In this document: one piece after another, positions 1 through 8,650 of the stretch
Position numbering within the stretch: position 1 is the first letter of the stretch
Layout: each line of letters starts with the position of its first letter
Origin: a bacterium
GTDB lineage: Bacteria; Patescibacteriota; Minisyncoccia; UBA11713; 2-01-FULL-45-33
Direction of reading: 5' to 3'
DNA length: 54,804 nucleotides
Assembly (NCBI GenBank): GCA_030648495.1
Contig: JAUSHV010000045.1
Location: 1-54,804 of the forward strand
Made by a program: the position numbers and the translations under genes
The notes under the pieces: generated by a model
Database searches by the model: none
What the model saw: only the letters and a program-made list of their open reading frames with translations
What the model was told of the DNA's origin: nothing

Positions 1-2698
1 AGCGCGAAATATCTTCCGTCACAAAATTTTCCAAATCGCGCGCCGCGCCGACGATATCATAGGCGTCCAGTTTTTCCGTGGCAACGCGGATTGTATCTTG
101 TAATTTTATTAGTACCCACTTATTTATTAAAAGCTTAGCGGAAATAACCCCCCTCACCCCCCTTACTTTAAGGGGGGCAACATTGTACATCTTATAGAAT
201 TGCAGAACATTCCAGAGTATCATGAAAAATCTGCGCGAAGCGTCTTTGACGTCGTCTTCTTTAAAAAGTTTTGAATCCCAGGGCTGGTTTATTGTAAAAA
301 AATACCAGCGCACCGAATCCGCCCCATATTTTTCTATCAAAGCCATCGGGTCGACAACGTTCCCCAAAGATTTAGACATTTTCTTGCCGTTTTTATCCAA
401 CACATGCCCCAACACCACAACATTTTTGTAAGGCGCGCTCTTTCCAAGAAGAGTGGAAACCGCCAAAAGCGTATAGAACCATCCTCGGGTCTGGTCGATG
501 GCCTCTACTATATAGTCCGCCGGAAAGCCCGAGGGCTTGCTCGCAAACGGCATCGCTCCGGAATCAAACCAAACATCGCAAACTTCCGGCACGCGCCTCA
601 TTACTCCCCCGCATGAACACCTGAGGGTAACGCCGTCGATGTAAGGCTTGTGAAGGTCCAAAATAAAATTCTCACCCCTCGGCAACTGTGGCATTTCCAA
701 AACGCTCCAACCGGCGGTCTTAAGAAAATCACGTTTACCGCCTTCTTTAGCCGCAACCGACTCTTCATAATTTTTACCAAGCGCGGCCGACCAGAGCATC
801 CATAAAGTATACTCGTGACTTATTATCAGAACCGTCTTATTCTTATATTGCGACTCTATTTCTTCAATAACTGCGAAAGTCCGCTTCTTTAAGTCATTTA
901 AAGTTTCTCCATTTGGCGGAGCTTTTTCGAATTTCTCAATTTCATTTTTATAAAACGAATGATATTTGACAGGCTTTCCTTCGGCAAAAATTCCCGTGTT
1001 AATCTCTCCCAAACGAACATCAAATTTTATATTTTTTTCGTCAACGTTAAATATTTTTGCCATTATTTCTGCTGTCTCCTTGGTGCGCAAAAATGGGGAC
1101 GCAATAATCAAATCAAATTTTATTTTTTTTGCCTTAATCGCTTTTGCGGTTTTTTGAACTTGTCCAATACCTTTTTTAGTTAACGGATATTTATTATTCT
1201 CCAGAGTACAATTTGTTACATGTTTTATATTGCTCAATGACTCACCATGCCGCATCATTATATATTTGTTGCGCGGAGGCGCTGATCGTTTTTGCATCTC
1301 GTCCTGTGAACCAATTACATCCCACTTCTCACATTTCTCGCATCTCCATACTGGCAAAGGCGTACCCCAATAGCGCTCTCTGGAGAAAGCCCAATTTTTC
1401 TTTTCTTTCAACCACTCACCGAATCTTCCCTCTTTTATATGTTCGGGGTGCCAGTTGATGGTTTCATTGTTTTCCAAAAGTTCTTTACGGACCTTATTAA
1501 CATCCACCCACCATGATTTTCTCGCAAAATACATTAAAGACGTTTTACACCTCCAGCAAAAAGGATAGTCGTGTTCGTAAGGCTCTTCTTTAAAAAGAAG
1601 GTTGCGCGACCTTAGGTCTTCTATAATAAGAGGGTCTGCTTTTTTAAAAAACGCTCCGTTCCAGGTCCATTCGGGAGCCTGCATAGTGCCTCGCTCGTCT
1701 ACAGTCAAAAGAACGGGCAAATTGTATTTTTTTCCGAGCCGAAAATCATCATCCCCAAATGCAGGCGCGATATGAACTATGCCTGTGCCGTCCTCGGCAG
1801 AAATAAAATCGCCCGCAACAATTTTATACGGAGCTTTATTGGAATATAAAGCGTCGTAACCTTCATCAATCAGCTCCTTGCCTTTCACTTTTTTTATTAC
1901 ACTATACCCTTCACCCAAAACACCGAGACGGGATTCGGCTAATATAAAAATTTCTTGCGAAAGATCGTTTTTGGCAAAACAATAATTTATTTGGGGATTC
2001 ACAGCCAAAGCAACGTTTCCGGGAAGCGTCCAGGGAGTCGTGGTCCAGACAAGATAAAATATTTTTACGTTTTTAGTCGGAAATTTTACATAGATGGAAT
2101 TGTCCTTCACTTTTTCGTAGCCCTGAGCAAGCTCGTGCGAAGAGAGCGCCGTCCCGCAACGCACGCACCAAGGCATAACCTTATAATCCTCATAGAGAAA
2201 ATTATTTTTTGCGAATTCTTTGATAATCGCCCACAAAGATTCAATATAAGAATTTTCGTAAGTAATATACGGACGCTCCATGTCTATCCAAAAACCCATC
2301 CGCGAAGTCAAACGTTCCCATAGGTCTTTGTATTGCCAAACCGATTCTTTGCATTTTTTGTTGAAAGCCGCCACGCCGTAGGCCTCGATCTCTTTTTTAT
2401 TTTTCAACCCCAAAACCTTTTCAACCTGTACCTCTACCGGCAAACCGTGCGTATCCCAACCTGCTCGGCGCGGGACAAAAAAGCCCTGCATGGTTTTGAA
2501 CCGCAAAATAATATCTTTAAAAACGCGCGTCTCAACATGCCCTATATGCGGGTTGCCGTTCGCTGTCGGAGGACCATCAAAAAAGATAAAACTTTTGGTT
2601 TTACCCCGACCTTCGCGTCGGGGCTTCCTTTGAAAAACAGACTTCTCAAAAATCTTATTTTTCTCCCAAAACTCCAGTATTTCCTTCTCATCAAACAT
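1..2698 (-). CDS. ileS: Isoleucyl-tRNA synthetase, type 2; 3' end beyond window; carries an inserted histidine-phosphatase domain
   Basis: Not in the ORF track because it runs off the window. Manual translation from ATG 2698 gives MFDEKEILEFW...DGPPTANGNPHIGH, WTTTPWTLPGN, SRERYWGTPLPVW, DVWFDSG, EAIDQTRGWFY, KMSKS. HIGH, RHG and KMSKS were checked to be in the same frame. Confidence 0.96.
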   Translation of the reverse strand, partial: MFDEKEILEFWEKNKIFEKSVFQRKPRREGRGKTKSFIFFDGPPTANGNPHIGHVETRVFKDIILRFKTMQGFFVPRRAGWDTHGLPVEVQVEKVLGLKNKKEIEAYGVAAFNKKCKESVWQYKDLWERLTSRMGFWIDMERPYITYENSYIESLWAIIKEFAKNNFLYEDYKVMPWCVRCGTALSSHELAQGYEKVKDNSIYVKFPTKNVKIFYLVWTTTPWTLPGNVALAVNPQINYCFAKNDLSQEIFILAESRLGVLGEGYSVIKKVKGKELIDEGYDALYSNKAPYKIVAGDFISAEDGTGIVHIAPAFGDDDFRLGKKYNLPVLLTVDERGTMQAPEWTWNGAFFKKADPLIIEDLRSRNLLFKEEPYEHDYPFCWRCKTSLMYFARKSWWVDVNKVRKELLENNETINWHPEHIKEGRFGEWLKEKKNWAFSRERYWGTPLPVWRCEKCEKWDVIGSQDEMQKRSAPPRNKYIMMRHGESLSNIKHVTNCTLENNKYPLTKKGIGQVQKTAKAIKAKKIKFDLIIASPFLRTKETAEIMAKIFNVDEKNIKFDVRLGEINTGIFAEGKPVKYHSFYKNEIEKFEKAPPNGETLNDLKKRTFAVIEEIESQYKNKTVLIISHEYTLWMLWSAALGKNYEESVAAKEGGKRDFLKTAGWSVLEMPQLPRGENFILDLHKPYIDGVTLRCSCGGVMRRVPEVCDVWFDSGAMPFASKPSGFPADYIVEAIDQTRGWFYTLLAVSTLLGKSAPYKNVVVLGHVLDKNGKKMSKSLGNVVDPMALIEKYGADSVRWYFFTINQPWDSKLFKEDDVKDASRRFFMILWNVLQFYKMYNVAPLKVRGVRGVISAKLLINKWVLIKLQDTIRVATEKLDAYDIVGAARDLENFVTEDISR
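148..177. repeat. C-rich REP-like hairpin inside ileS
   Basis: CCCCCCTCA-CCCCCCTTA-CTT-TAAGGGGGG; reads in-frame as APLKVRGVRGV. Confidence 0.6.
2604..2623. repeat. REP-like hairpin inside the 5' part of ileS
   Basis: CCCCGAC-CTTCGC-GTCGGGG; reads as KPRREGRGK just before the DGPP motif. Confidence 0.55.
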
Positions 2699-2749
2699 AA
2701 AAAAAGTATAGCAAAAAAACCGCTCTTTTGGAACGGCTTACTAAAATTT

Positions 2750-3154
2750 TCATTTCCAACGCATCACTATCTGCGCGGCAATCATGAGTAGAAACGCAAT
2801 TACAATCTTGGGAGATAGATTCAACTGGCCGCGATTAAAATATTCTGAAATTAAAAGAGCAACCGGATTGGCAAGCCATATTAACATAACAATGATTTTT
2901 ATATCAATATTGGCCAATGATTGCCGTACAATTGCCATATGGACAAGGTAGACCGCAGGATAAGCGACAAACATTGAAACAAAAGTAAAATAAGCTGTAT
3001 AAACCCACAGAGAATCTGTTTGCAGTCCAAGAAACTTCTTGGTGCCTGCTATGTCTATCAACCAAACAAAGATCTGATATAAAACAACATTGCCGACTAG
3101 CAGCATCAAAAAATCCAAAGACAAATTTTTCATTGAGCGCCAAAATCTCACCAA
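2750..3154 (-). CDS. Hypothetical membrane protein (start may be ATG 3133)
   Basis: 134-aa ORF with about 4 hydrophobic segments. Confidence 0.6.
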   Translation of the reverse strand: MVRFWRSMKNLSLDFLMLLVGNVVLYQIFVWLIDIAGTKKFLGLQTDSLWVYTAYFTFVSMFVAYPAVYLVHMAIVRQSLANIDIKIIVMLIWLANPVALLISEYFNRGQLNLSPKIVIAFLLMIAAQIVMRWK

Positions 3155-3197
3155 ACATTAGCACGCCCAAACAAAAAAGCAATCGGTTAGGATTGCT

Positions 3198-3521
3198 TCA
3201 TACTATAAGAAAAATTTTAATACAGGTGATAAGTGTTGTGAGCAGAATAACTAAACAAAAGCCGGATAGCATCCAAAACAACTTAAGCTCAGGCTTATCT
3301 GTATAAAATGATGCGATAACAGCCAATGGCAGTGGTAATAAAGCAATATACCAAAATGCTATTAAAACTTTGGGAGATTCTTCTAAAATCAGCATGAGAA
3401 GCATTAAAAACCCAGCAAATCCGGTAGGATTAATGGCTGTCATTTTCCATTGGCAAATCTTATCAAAGACTATCACAAGCAAGAAAAAAAGCAACCGCCT
3501 ACATCTTCTCGGGGGCGGCAA
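3198..3521 (-). CDS. Hypothetical membrane protein (true start probably downstream)
   Basis: Hydrophobic ORF filling the gap after argS; 5' end overlaps argS. Confidence 0.45.
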   Translation of the reverse strand: MPPPRRCRRLLFFLLVIVFDKICQWKMTAINPTGFAGFLMLLMLILEESPKVLIAFWYIALLPLPLAVIASFYTDKPELKLFWMLSGFCLVILLTTLITCIKIFLIV

Positions 3522-5094
3522 TGCCCATCAAGGTAAGTGTTTGTTTTAGAGTTTTTTTGGTTGCCGAAACCAAAGCCAGGCGGGCTTGGGTTAGCTCTTT
3601 ATTTTTCGTATCTATCACTAAACATTTTTCATAAAAATTCGTAAAGGTTTGCGCGAGTTCGTAAACATATTTAGTGAGCCTGTGTGCTTGATAGTCATCG
3701 GTAATGTCTTCGATAATTTCGTGGAGCTGAAGTATTTTTTTGATGAGAGCCAGTTCTTCGGGCTTATCAAGAAGCATAAGGTCGGCTTTCTTGCCCGGCT
3801 TCCCTTTCCGTAAAATACTGCATGAACGCGCGTGCGCGTATTGAACATAATATACGGGATTTTTCTTGCTTCTTTCTTTTGCCAAATCCATATCAAAATC
3901 CATGTGGGTATTTGGGCTACGTTCCAAAAAGAACCACCTCGCGGCGTCTACCCCGACTTCTTTTAACAATTCATCCAAAGTCACAAACTCTCCGCTCCGC
4001 TTGGACATTTTTACTTCCTTTCCTCCTGAAATTAAACGAACAAGCTGCATGATAATAATTTGCAATCTAGCCGGCTCAACACCAATCGCCTCCACGCCTT
4101 TTTTCATGCGCTCTATATAGCCATGATGATCCGCTCCCCAAATATCTATTGCGATATCAAATTTTCTTTTCATAAATTTGTCATAATGATAGGCTAAATC
4201 AGCCAAAAAATAGGTTGACTCTTTATTGGACTTTATTACCACGGCATCTGCCAACCATAGAGCGCCTTCTTTTTCATGAAGAACTTTTTTCTTATTTAAA
4301 AATGTAAGGATTTTTTTTAGCTCGTTTTTTTTGTGCAAATTTTTGTCTTCCGAATACCAGACATCAAATTTTATTCCTGCTTTTATAAGAGATACTTTTA
4401 TTTCTTTAAGCAAACTCGCTGCCGCCTGCGCCGCCGTTTTTTCTTTTAATTTTTTGATGTATTCGCCCTTATAAAGCTCTTCGCGCGCGGGGATTTTTCC
4501 TTCCGCCGCCAAAATGGACTCGCCTAAAAGCTTTATCTGATTTCCGGCATCATTTATATAATATTCGCGAGTAACTTTGCGTCCAACAGCACTCAAAACA
4601 TTCGCGAGCGCATCGCCGTAAAATCCTCCTCGTCCATTTGCCATAGTTAAAGGCCCCGTCGGATTCGCTGAAATAAATTCTATGTTGATTTTTTTGCTAG
4701 TCTCGCGCTTTCCGTTTCGCTCGGTCTTAACCCTCTCTCCGGGGGCTCCGACGCCCTCGCGCTCCGAAAAACGCTCGCCTCTTCGCGAAAAAATCGAAAG
4801 GTTTTCGACTAAGGCCTCGCGCGCAATAAAAAAATTCAAAAAGCCTGGACCTGCGGATTCGATCCTTTCAATGATTTTTCCCAACTTGGGAGCTCGGCTT
4901 CCAAGCGTGGCTTTCATCCATTCCGCAACTTCTTTCGGTCCGCCAGCTGGCGGATTTCCAATTTTCTTAGCCAGCACCAAAGCAATGTTCGATGAATAAT
5001 CTCCATGCTCGGAGTTCTCCGGGCGTTCAACGGAAAAAACCGTGCCCTTTGGCACCAATTTTTCTATTTCTTCTCTAATTTGCGCGCGAAACAT
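3499..5094 (-). CDS. argS: Arginyl-tRNA synthetase
   Basis: HGDYSSN, EFISANPTGPL, WGADHHGY, KMSKRSG, NPVYYVQYAHAR, C-terminal APEKM. Confidence 0.97.
   Translation of the reverse strand: MFRAQIREEIEKLVPKGTVFSVERPENSEHGDYSSNIALVLAKKIGNPPAGGPKEVAEWMKATLGSRAPKLGKIIERIESAGPGFLNFFIAREALVENLSIFSRRGERFSEREGVGAPGERVKTERNGKRETSKKINIEFISANPTGPLTMANGRGGFYGDALANVLSAVGRKVTREYYINDAGNQIKLLGESILAAEGKIPAREELYKGEYIKKLKEKTAAQAAASLLKEIKVSLIKAGIKFDVWYSEDKNLHKKNELKKILTFLNKKKVLHEKEGALWLADAVVIKSNKESTYFLADLAYHYDKFMKRKFDIAIDIWGADHHGYIERMKKGVEAIGVEPARLQIIIMQLVRLISGGKEVKMSKRSGEFVTLDELLKEVGVDAARWFFLERSPNTHMDFDMDLAKERSKKNPVYYVQYAHARSCSILRKGKPGKKADLMLLDKPEELALIKKILQLHEIIEDITDDYQAHRLTKYVYELAQTFTNFYEKCLVIDTKNKELTQARLALVSATKKTLKQTLTLMGIAAPEKM
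4700..4790 (+). repeat. Structured element inserted in-frame in argS, homologous to part of the comEC insert
   Basis: 4726-4754 CTTAACCCTCTCTCCGGGGGCTCCGACGC matches the reverse complement of 33651-33679 at 28/29 positions; the two also share TCTCGCGCTT and CGCTCGCCT. Confidence 0.8.
4885..4905. repeat. Hairpin inside argS (reads LGSRAPK)
   Basis: CTTGGGAGC-TCG-GCTTCCAAG. Confidence 0.5.
4939..4954. repeat. 16-bp perfect palindrome in argS (reads PPAGG)
   Basis: TCCGCCAGCTGGCGGA; identical copy at 37694-37709. Confidence 0.85.
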
Positions 5095-5122
5095 TAATCT
5101 TACTTTATCCTAAAAATCGCAT

Positions 5123-5146
5123 AAAAAAAAGCCCTTATGGGCTTTT
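5123..5146 (-). terminator. Intrinsic terminator after thrC
   Basis: AAAAGCCC-TTAT-GGGCTTTT with an A8 tract (U-tract on the minus strand). Confidence 0.7.
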
Positions 5147-6296
5147 ACTTACTCCTCACAATATCCATTACTGCGTCATAGGACGCATCAATCACAATCG
5201 GCGGCTCTTTCATAAAAACTTTTTGAGCCGTTTTTAAGTCCTTGAAAATTGAACCGGTAAGAGTGCAAACAATTACCGACCCCATGCCAAAATAATTTTC
5301 ACTTCGCGGCTCCCCGGCTGCTTTTAAAAGCCCTGCAAGAGCTGTCGCTGACGAAGGCTCGCAGGAAACCGGCTCGAGCTTCGGCAAAAGTTCGTAAGCG
5401 GCCATAATTTCTTTATCGGTCACGCTGTCAATTTTTCCGTGCGATTCCCGAATGGCCGCCTCTGCTTCCGTCCACTTAGCCGGGTTGCCGATGCGGATTG
5501 CACTCGCAATCGTTTTGGGTTCTTTCACTACTTTTCCCAAAACAATCGGCGCGGAACCCGCGGCTTGGTAGCCCATCATTTTTGGCAAATTATTCAAACG
5601 CTTCGGCACGCCGTCGTAATATTCCTTATATCCTTTCCAGTAAGCAGTAATATTTCCGCCATTGCCAACGGGAATAAAATGATAATGCGGAGCAGACGGA
5701 CCGTCCAATAAAGACAATTCATCAACAATTTCAAAAGATGCGGTCTTCTGCCCTTCCATGCGGTAAGTGTTTAAAGAGTTCAACAACTCAATATCGGAAT
5801 TTTGTACTACAACTTCTTTTACAATATCTAGCGCATCATCAAAATTTCCTCTGATTTGAATAGCTTTTGTGTTGTGGAGTTTTGATTGAAAAAGTTTGCC
5901 TGGTGCCACTGCGCCATATGGCATAATTACAATCGAACGCATGCCGACCGCGTGGCAATAAGCAACAACAGCGGCGGCAGTATTTCCGGTCGAAGCGCAG
6001 ATGCCGATTTTTTTTCCGTGCGCCGCGGCCATAGTCACTGCCGCGGTCATGCCTCTGTCTTTAAAAGAACCGGTTCCACGGTTGTCGCCCTCGAGCTTCA
6101 AATAAACTTTTGCCCTGAAATTTCCGTAAGTATCGTCAATATATTCTTCCAAGCGCCTCGCGCGCCAAAGGCGTGTGGCACCCTCTCCAAGAGTTACAAT
6201 TTTATCTTTGCCAACAGATTGCATATCAGCAGGCATGCGGTTCCAATATCTATTCAAGATGCCTTTATAAGGCGCCTGAAGCGGTTCGTATTCCAT
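5145..6296 (-). CDS. thrC: Threonine synthase (probable start MEYEPL)
   Basis: TLGEGAT, TGSFKDRG (PLP lysine), CASTGNTA, PVGNGGNI, TIASAIRIGNP, CEPSSA. Confidence 0.9.
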   Translation of the reverse strand: MEYEPLQAPYKGILNRYWNRMPADMQSVGKDKIVTLGEGATRLWRARRLEEYIDDTYGNFRAKVYLKLEGDNRGTGSFKDRGMTAAVTMAAAHGKKIGICASTGNTAAAVVAYCHAVGMRSIVIMPYGAVAPGKLFQSKLHNTKAIQIRGNFDDALDIVKEVVVQNSDIELLNSLNTYRMEGQKTASFEIVDELSLLDGPSAPHYHFIPVGNGGNITAYWKGYKEYYDGVPKRLNNLPKMMGYQAAGSAPIVLGKVVKEPKTIASAIRIGNPAKWTEAEAAIRESHGKIDSVTDKEIMAAYELLPKLEPVSCEPSSATALAGLLKAAGEPRSENYFGMGSVIVCTLTGSIFKDLKTAQKVFMKEPPIVIDASYDAVMDIVRSK

Positions 6297-6322
6297 TTTT
6301 TCAAGGCTCAAAATACTGCTCC

Positions 6323-6351
6323 AAATATAGCGCCGAGAATATTGAAATGCA
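6323..6351 (-). promoter_or_regulatory. Sigma70-type promoter for thrC
   Basis: TTGCAT-17 nt-TATATT on the minus strand. Confidence 0.55.
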
Positions 6352-6354
6352 AGC

Positions 6355-6407
6355 AATAAAAAAAAGCCCCGGACGCAGAAGCTTGGCGCTTCTTTGTCCG
6401 AGGCTTT
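6355..6407 (-). terminator. Long hairpin terminator after the two-gene hypothetical operon
   Basis: Minus strand AAAGCCTCGGAC...GTCCGGGGCTTT followed by a T-tract. Confidence 0.65.
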
Positions 6408-6413
6408 AAAAAT

Positions 6414-6626
6414 TTATCTGCTTCGCCGCCAACGATCTTTCTTTTCATCGCGCGCCTGGGCTTCGTCGTCTCGTGCGAGTTGTTTTCTTAAAACCCTGAG
6501 ATGGAATCCTTTGCTTCCGACGCTTAGGTAACCACGTGCTTTTAGAACGCGCTCGTCGCACGCTTCGAACATTCTTATCTGTTCTTCCAGCTCCCGCCTT
6601 TCTTGTCCACTCAATCGATCAACCAT
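6414..6626 (-). CDS. Hypothetical 70-aa protein (MVDRLSGQ...)
   Basis: SD AAAGGAG before ATG 6626; follows the upstream stop directly. Confidence 0.6.
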   Translation of the reverse strand: MVDRLSGQERRELEEQIRMFEACDERVLKARGYLSVGSKGFHLRVLRKQLARDDEAQARDEKKDRWRRSR

Positions 6627-6628
6627 GC

Positions 6629-7012
6629 TTACTCTCCTTTTCTCATGATCCGCTGGTCGTTGACGAACTCGAAGTCGAGCTGAGTGCACCGCGCACGATA
6701 GCGCTTCGCATATTCGCTTTCTTCCTGCTTGTTCTGAGGATTGGTATAAATTGCCCATCTTTTCCGAAGCAAGCGCTCAAGAATTTTTGCCGCCCAAGCA
6801 CTCCGTACTGTTGCTTCCCAGAAAAAATGTTTAACAATATCCGCCAGCTGTTCGGTAGTAAAACTGACAGAAAGATCATATATCATTCCGGTGCGATTGA
6901 AAGCCTGCATTTTTATTCTGTGATAACTTCCCGGAAATTCCTTCCCCGAAAGTTGTTCCACTTCAAATTGAAGCCTTGAATCGCTATAGAGAGGCTGATA
7001 GGACTGCTCCAT
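6629..7012 (-). CDS. Hypothetical protein
   Basis: 127-aa ORF with SD GAGGA and a strong upstream promoter. Confidence 0.65.
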   Translation of the reverse strand: MEQSYQPLYSDSRLQFEVEQLSGKEFPGSYHRIKMQAFNRTGMIYDLSVSFTTEQLADIVKHFFWEATVRSAWAAKILERLLRKRWAIYTNPQNKQEESEYAKRYRARCTQLDFEFVNDQRIMRKGE

Positions 7013-7067
7013 AAATCCTCGCTTTCTGCTATTTTAGGCATAGCTACCATATGTTAATCTGTTTTCG

Positions 7068-7096
7068 ATTATAGCATTTTTTTTGATATGGGTCAA
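7068..7096 (-). promoter_or_regulatory. Near-consensus sigma70 promoter
   Basis: TTGACC-17 nt-TATAAT with extended TG. Confidence 0.75.
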
Positions 7097-7168
7097 TAGT
7101 AGCAAAACCCCCTTTATAAAATAAGGCTTTTTTACTTCCATATGTAAAAATGCCAAAATATTAATATA

Positions 7169-8650
7169 ATGCGCTATAGGCTAGAAACTATCGTTTTTCT
7201 TTCCGGATTCAACCTCATGGCGTTGGAATTGGTAGGTTCACGAATAATCGCTCCTTTTTTAGGAACTTCCATTTTTGTCTGGACAAGCCTCATCGGCGTC
7301 ATTTTAGGAAGCCTATCTTTGGGATATTGGTGGGGCGGAATTATCGCAGACAAAAATCCTACATATAAAAAACTGTCTTCTGTTTTATACTCCGCCGGCA
7401 TACTTATCGGTATAACCGCGGTAGCAAATACCACAATCCTTTATCCGATAGCTATCAGCGGGCTCGGTCCGAGATGGGGCTCCGTTTTGGCTGCTATTTT
7501 GCTCTTCGCGCCGGCAGCGGTGCTTTTTGGAATGGTCTCGCCGCTCGCGGCTAAAATGAAACTAGATAACCTGAATACCCTAGGAAAAAATGTCGGCGGG
7601 CTTTATGCGATTTCAACAATGGGGAGCATTTTGGGAACTTTTGCGGGCGGGTTCTATTTAATATCTTTTTTCGGAAGCGGGTTAACCTTGGCTTTTATTT
7701 CTTTTCTTACAATACTCGCCGCCTTTATTTCTTATCCAAATCTAAAAAATATTCTTAGAAAATCCGTTCCTGCCATATTTATATTTTTTTGTATATTTGC
7801 GGTCGAAAAAACAAAGTCGTTAATTCCGGATTTCAAAGACATAGACACAGAATATAAGCGCATCTGGATAGTGGATGAGAAAGATTTTTTAACAGGACGG
7901 CAGGCACGGTATTTGGTGGACGCGCCAAACTCCGCTCAATCTGAAATGTTTTTGGATTCAGACACCGAACTCGTTGCTGCCTACACTAAATATTATGATC
8001 TTTATAAATTTTTCTCTGGAAAATCCGATCATGTTTTAATGCTCGGCGGTGGCGCCTTTTCTTACCCAAAACATTTTATCGCGACGAACAAAACCGGGCA
8101 GATGGATATTGTTGAAATAGATCCTGCAATGACACGGCTAGCCGAAAAATATTTTAACTTAAAACCCGACCCGCGGATGCTAATTGTGAACGAAGATGCA
8201 AGAGTATATTTAAATACAACCGAAAAAAAATATGACGCTATGTTTGTTGATGTATTTACCGCAACACTATCCATTCCCTATCACGTGATAACAAAGGAGG
8301 CCGTAGAAAAGGAATATAAACGTTTAAATGATGACGGTGTGGCGCTCGTGAACATCATCGCGGCCATTGAAGGAAATAAAGGAAAATATTTCCGGGCAGC
8401 TCTCGCAACATACAAAAGCGTCTTCCCGCAAGTCTATGTGTTTCCGGTACATGCGCCCGCTGATGGAAATATTATCCAAAATATAATGCTTATAGCGCTA
8501 AAATCCAACACTCCTCATGCTTTGACGTCAAACAACCCGGAAATACAATCATATCTTTCGCATCTTTGGACGAAAAATATTCCGCAAGACGCAGGCATTT
8601 TCACTGACAATTTCGCGCCAGTGGAAAGATATGCGGAGGAGATGCTCTAA
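7169..8650 (+). CDS. Fused membrane domain / spermidine-synthase-like SAM-binding protein
   Basis: N-terminal TMs (ELVGSRIIAPFLGTS) plus LGGGAFS, IVEIDP, EDARVYL, VDVF, FTDNFAPVE. Confidence 0.85.
   Translation: MRYRLETIVFLSGFNLMALELVGSRIIAPFLGTSIFVWTSLIGVILGSLSLGYWWGGIIADKNPTYKKLSSVLYSAGILIGITAVANTTILYPIAISGLGPRWGSVLAAILLFAPAAVLFGMVSPLAAKMKLDNLNTLGKNVGGLYAISTMGSILGTFAGGFYLISFFGSGLTLAFISFLTILAAFISYPNLKNILRKSVPAIFIFFCIFAVEKTKSLIPDFKDIDTEYKRIWIVDEKDFLTGRQARYLVDAPNSAQSEMFLDSDTELVAAYTKYYDLYKFFSGKSDHVLMLGGGAFSYPKHFIATNKTGQMDIVEIDPAMTRLAEKYFNLKPDPRMLIVNEDARVYLNTTEKKYDAMFVDVFTATLSIPYHVITKEAVEKEYKRLNDDGVALVNIIAAIEGNKGKYFRAALATYKSVFPQVYVFPVHAPADGNIIQNIMLIALKSNTPHALTSNNPEIQSYLSHLWTKNIPQDAGIFTDNFAPVERYAEEML

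Noticed and set aside
222..2791. Plus-strand ORFs over the first 2.8 kb
   Set aside because: Antisense shadows of ileS, which the ORF track missed because it runs off the window.
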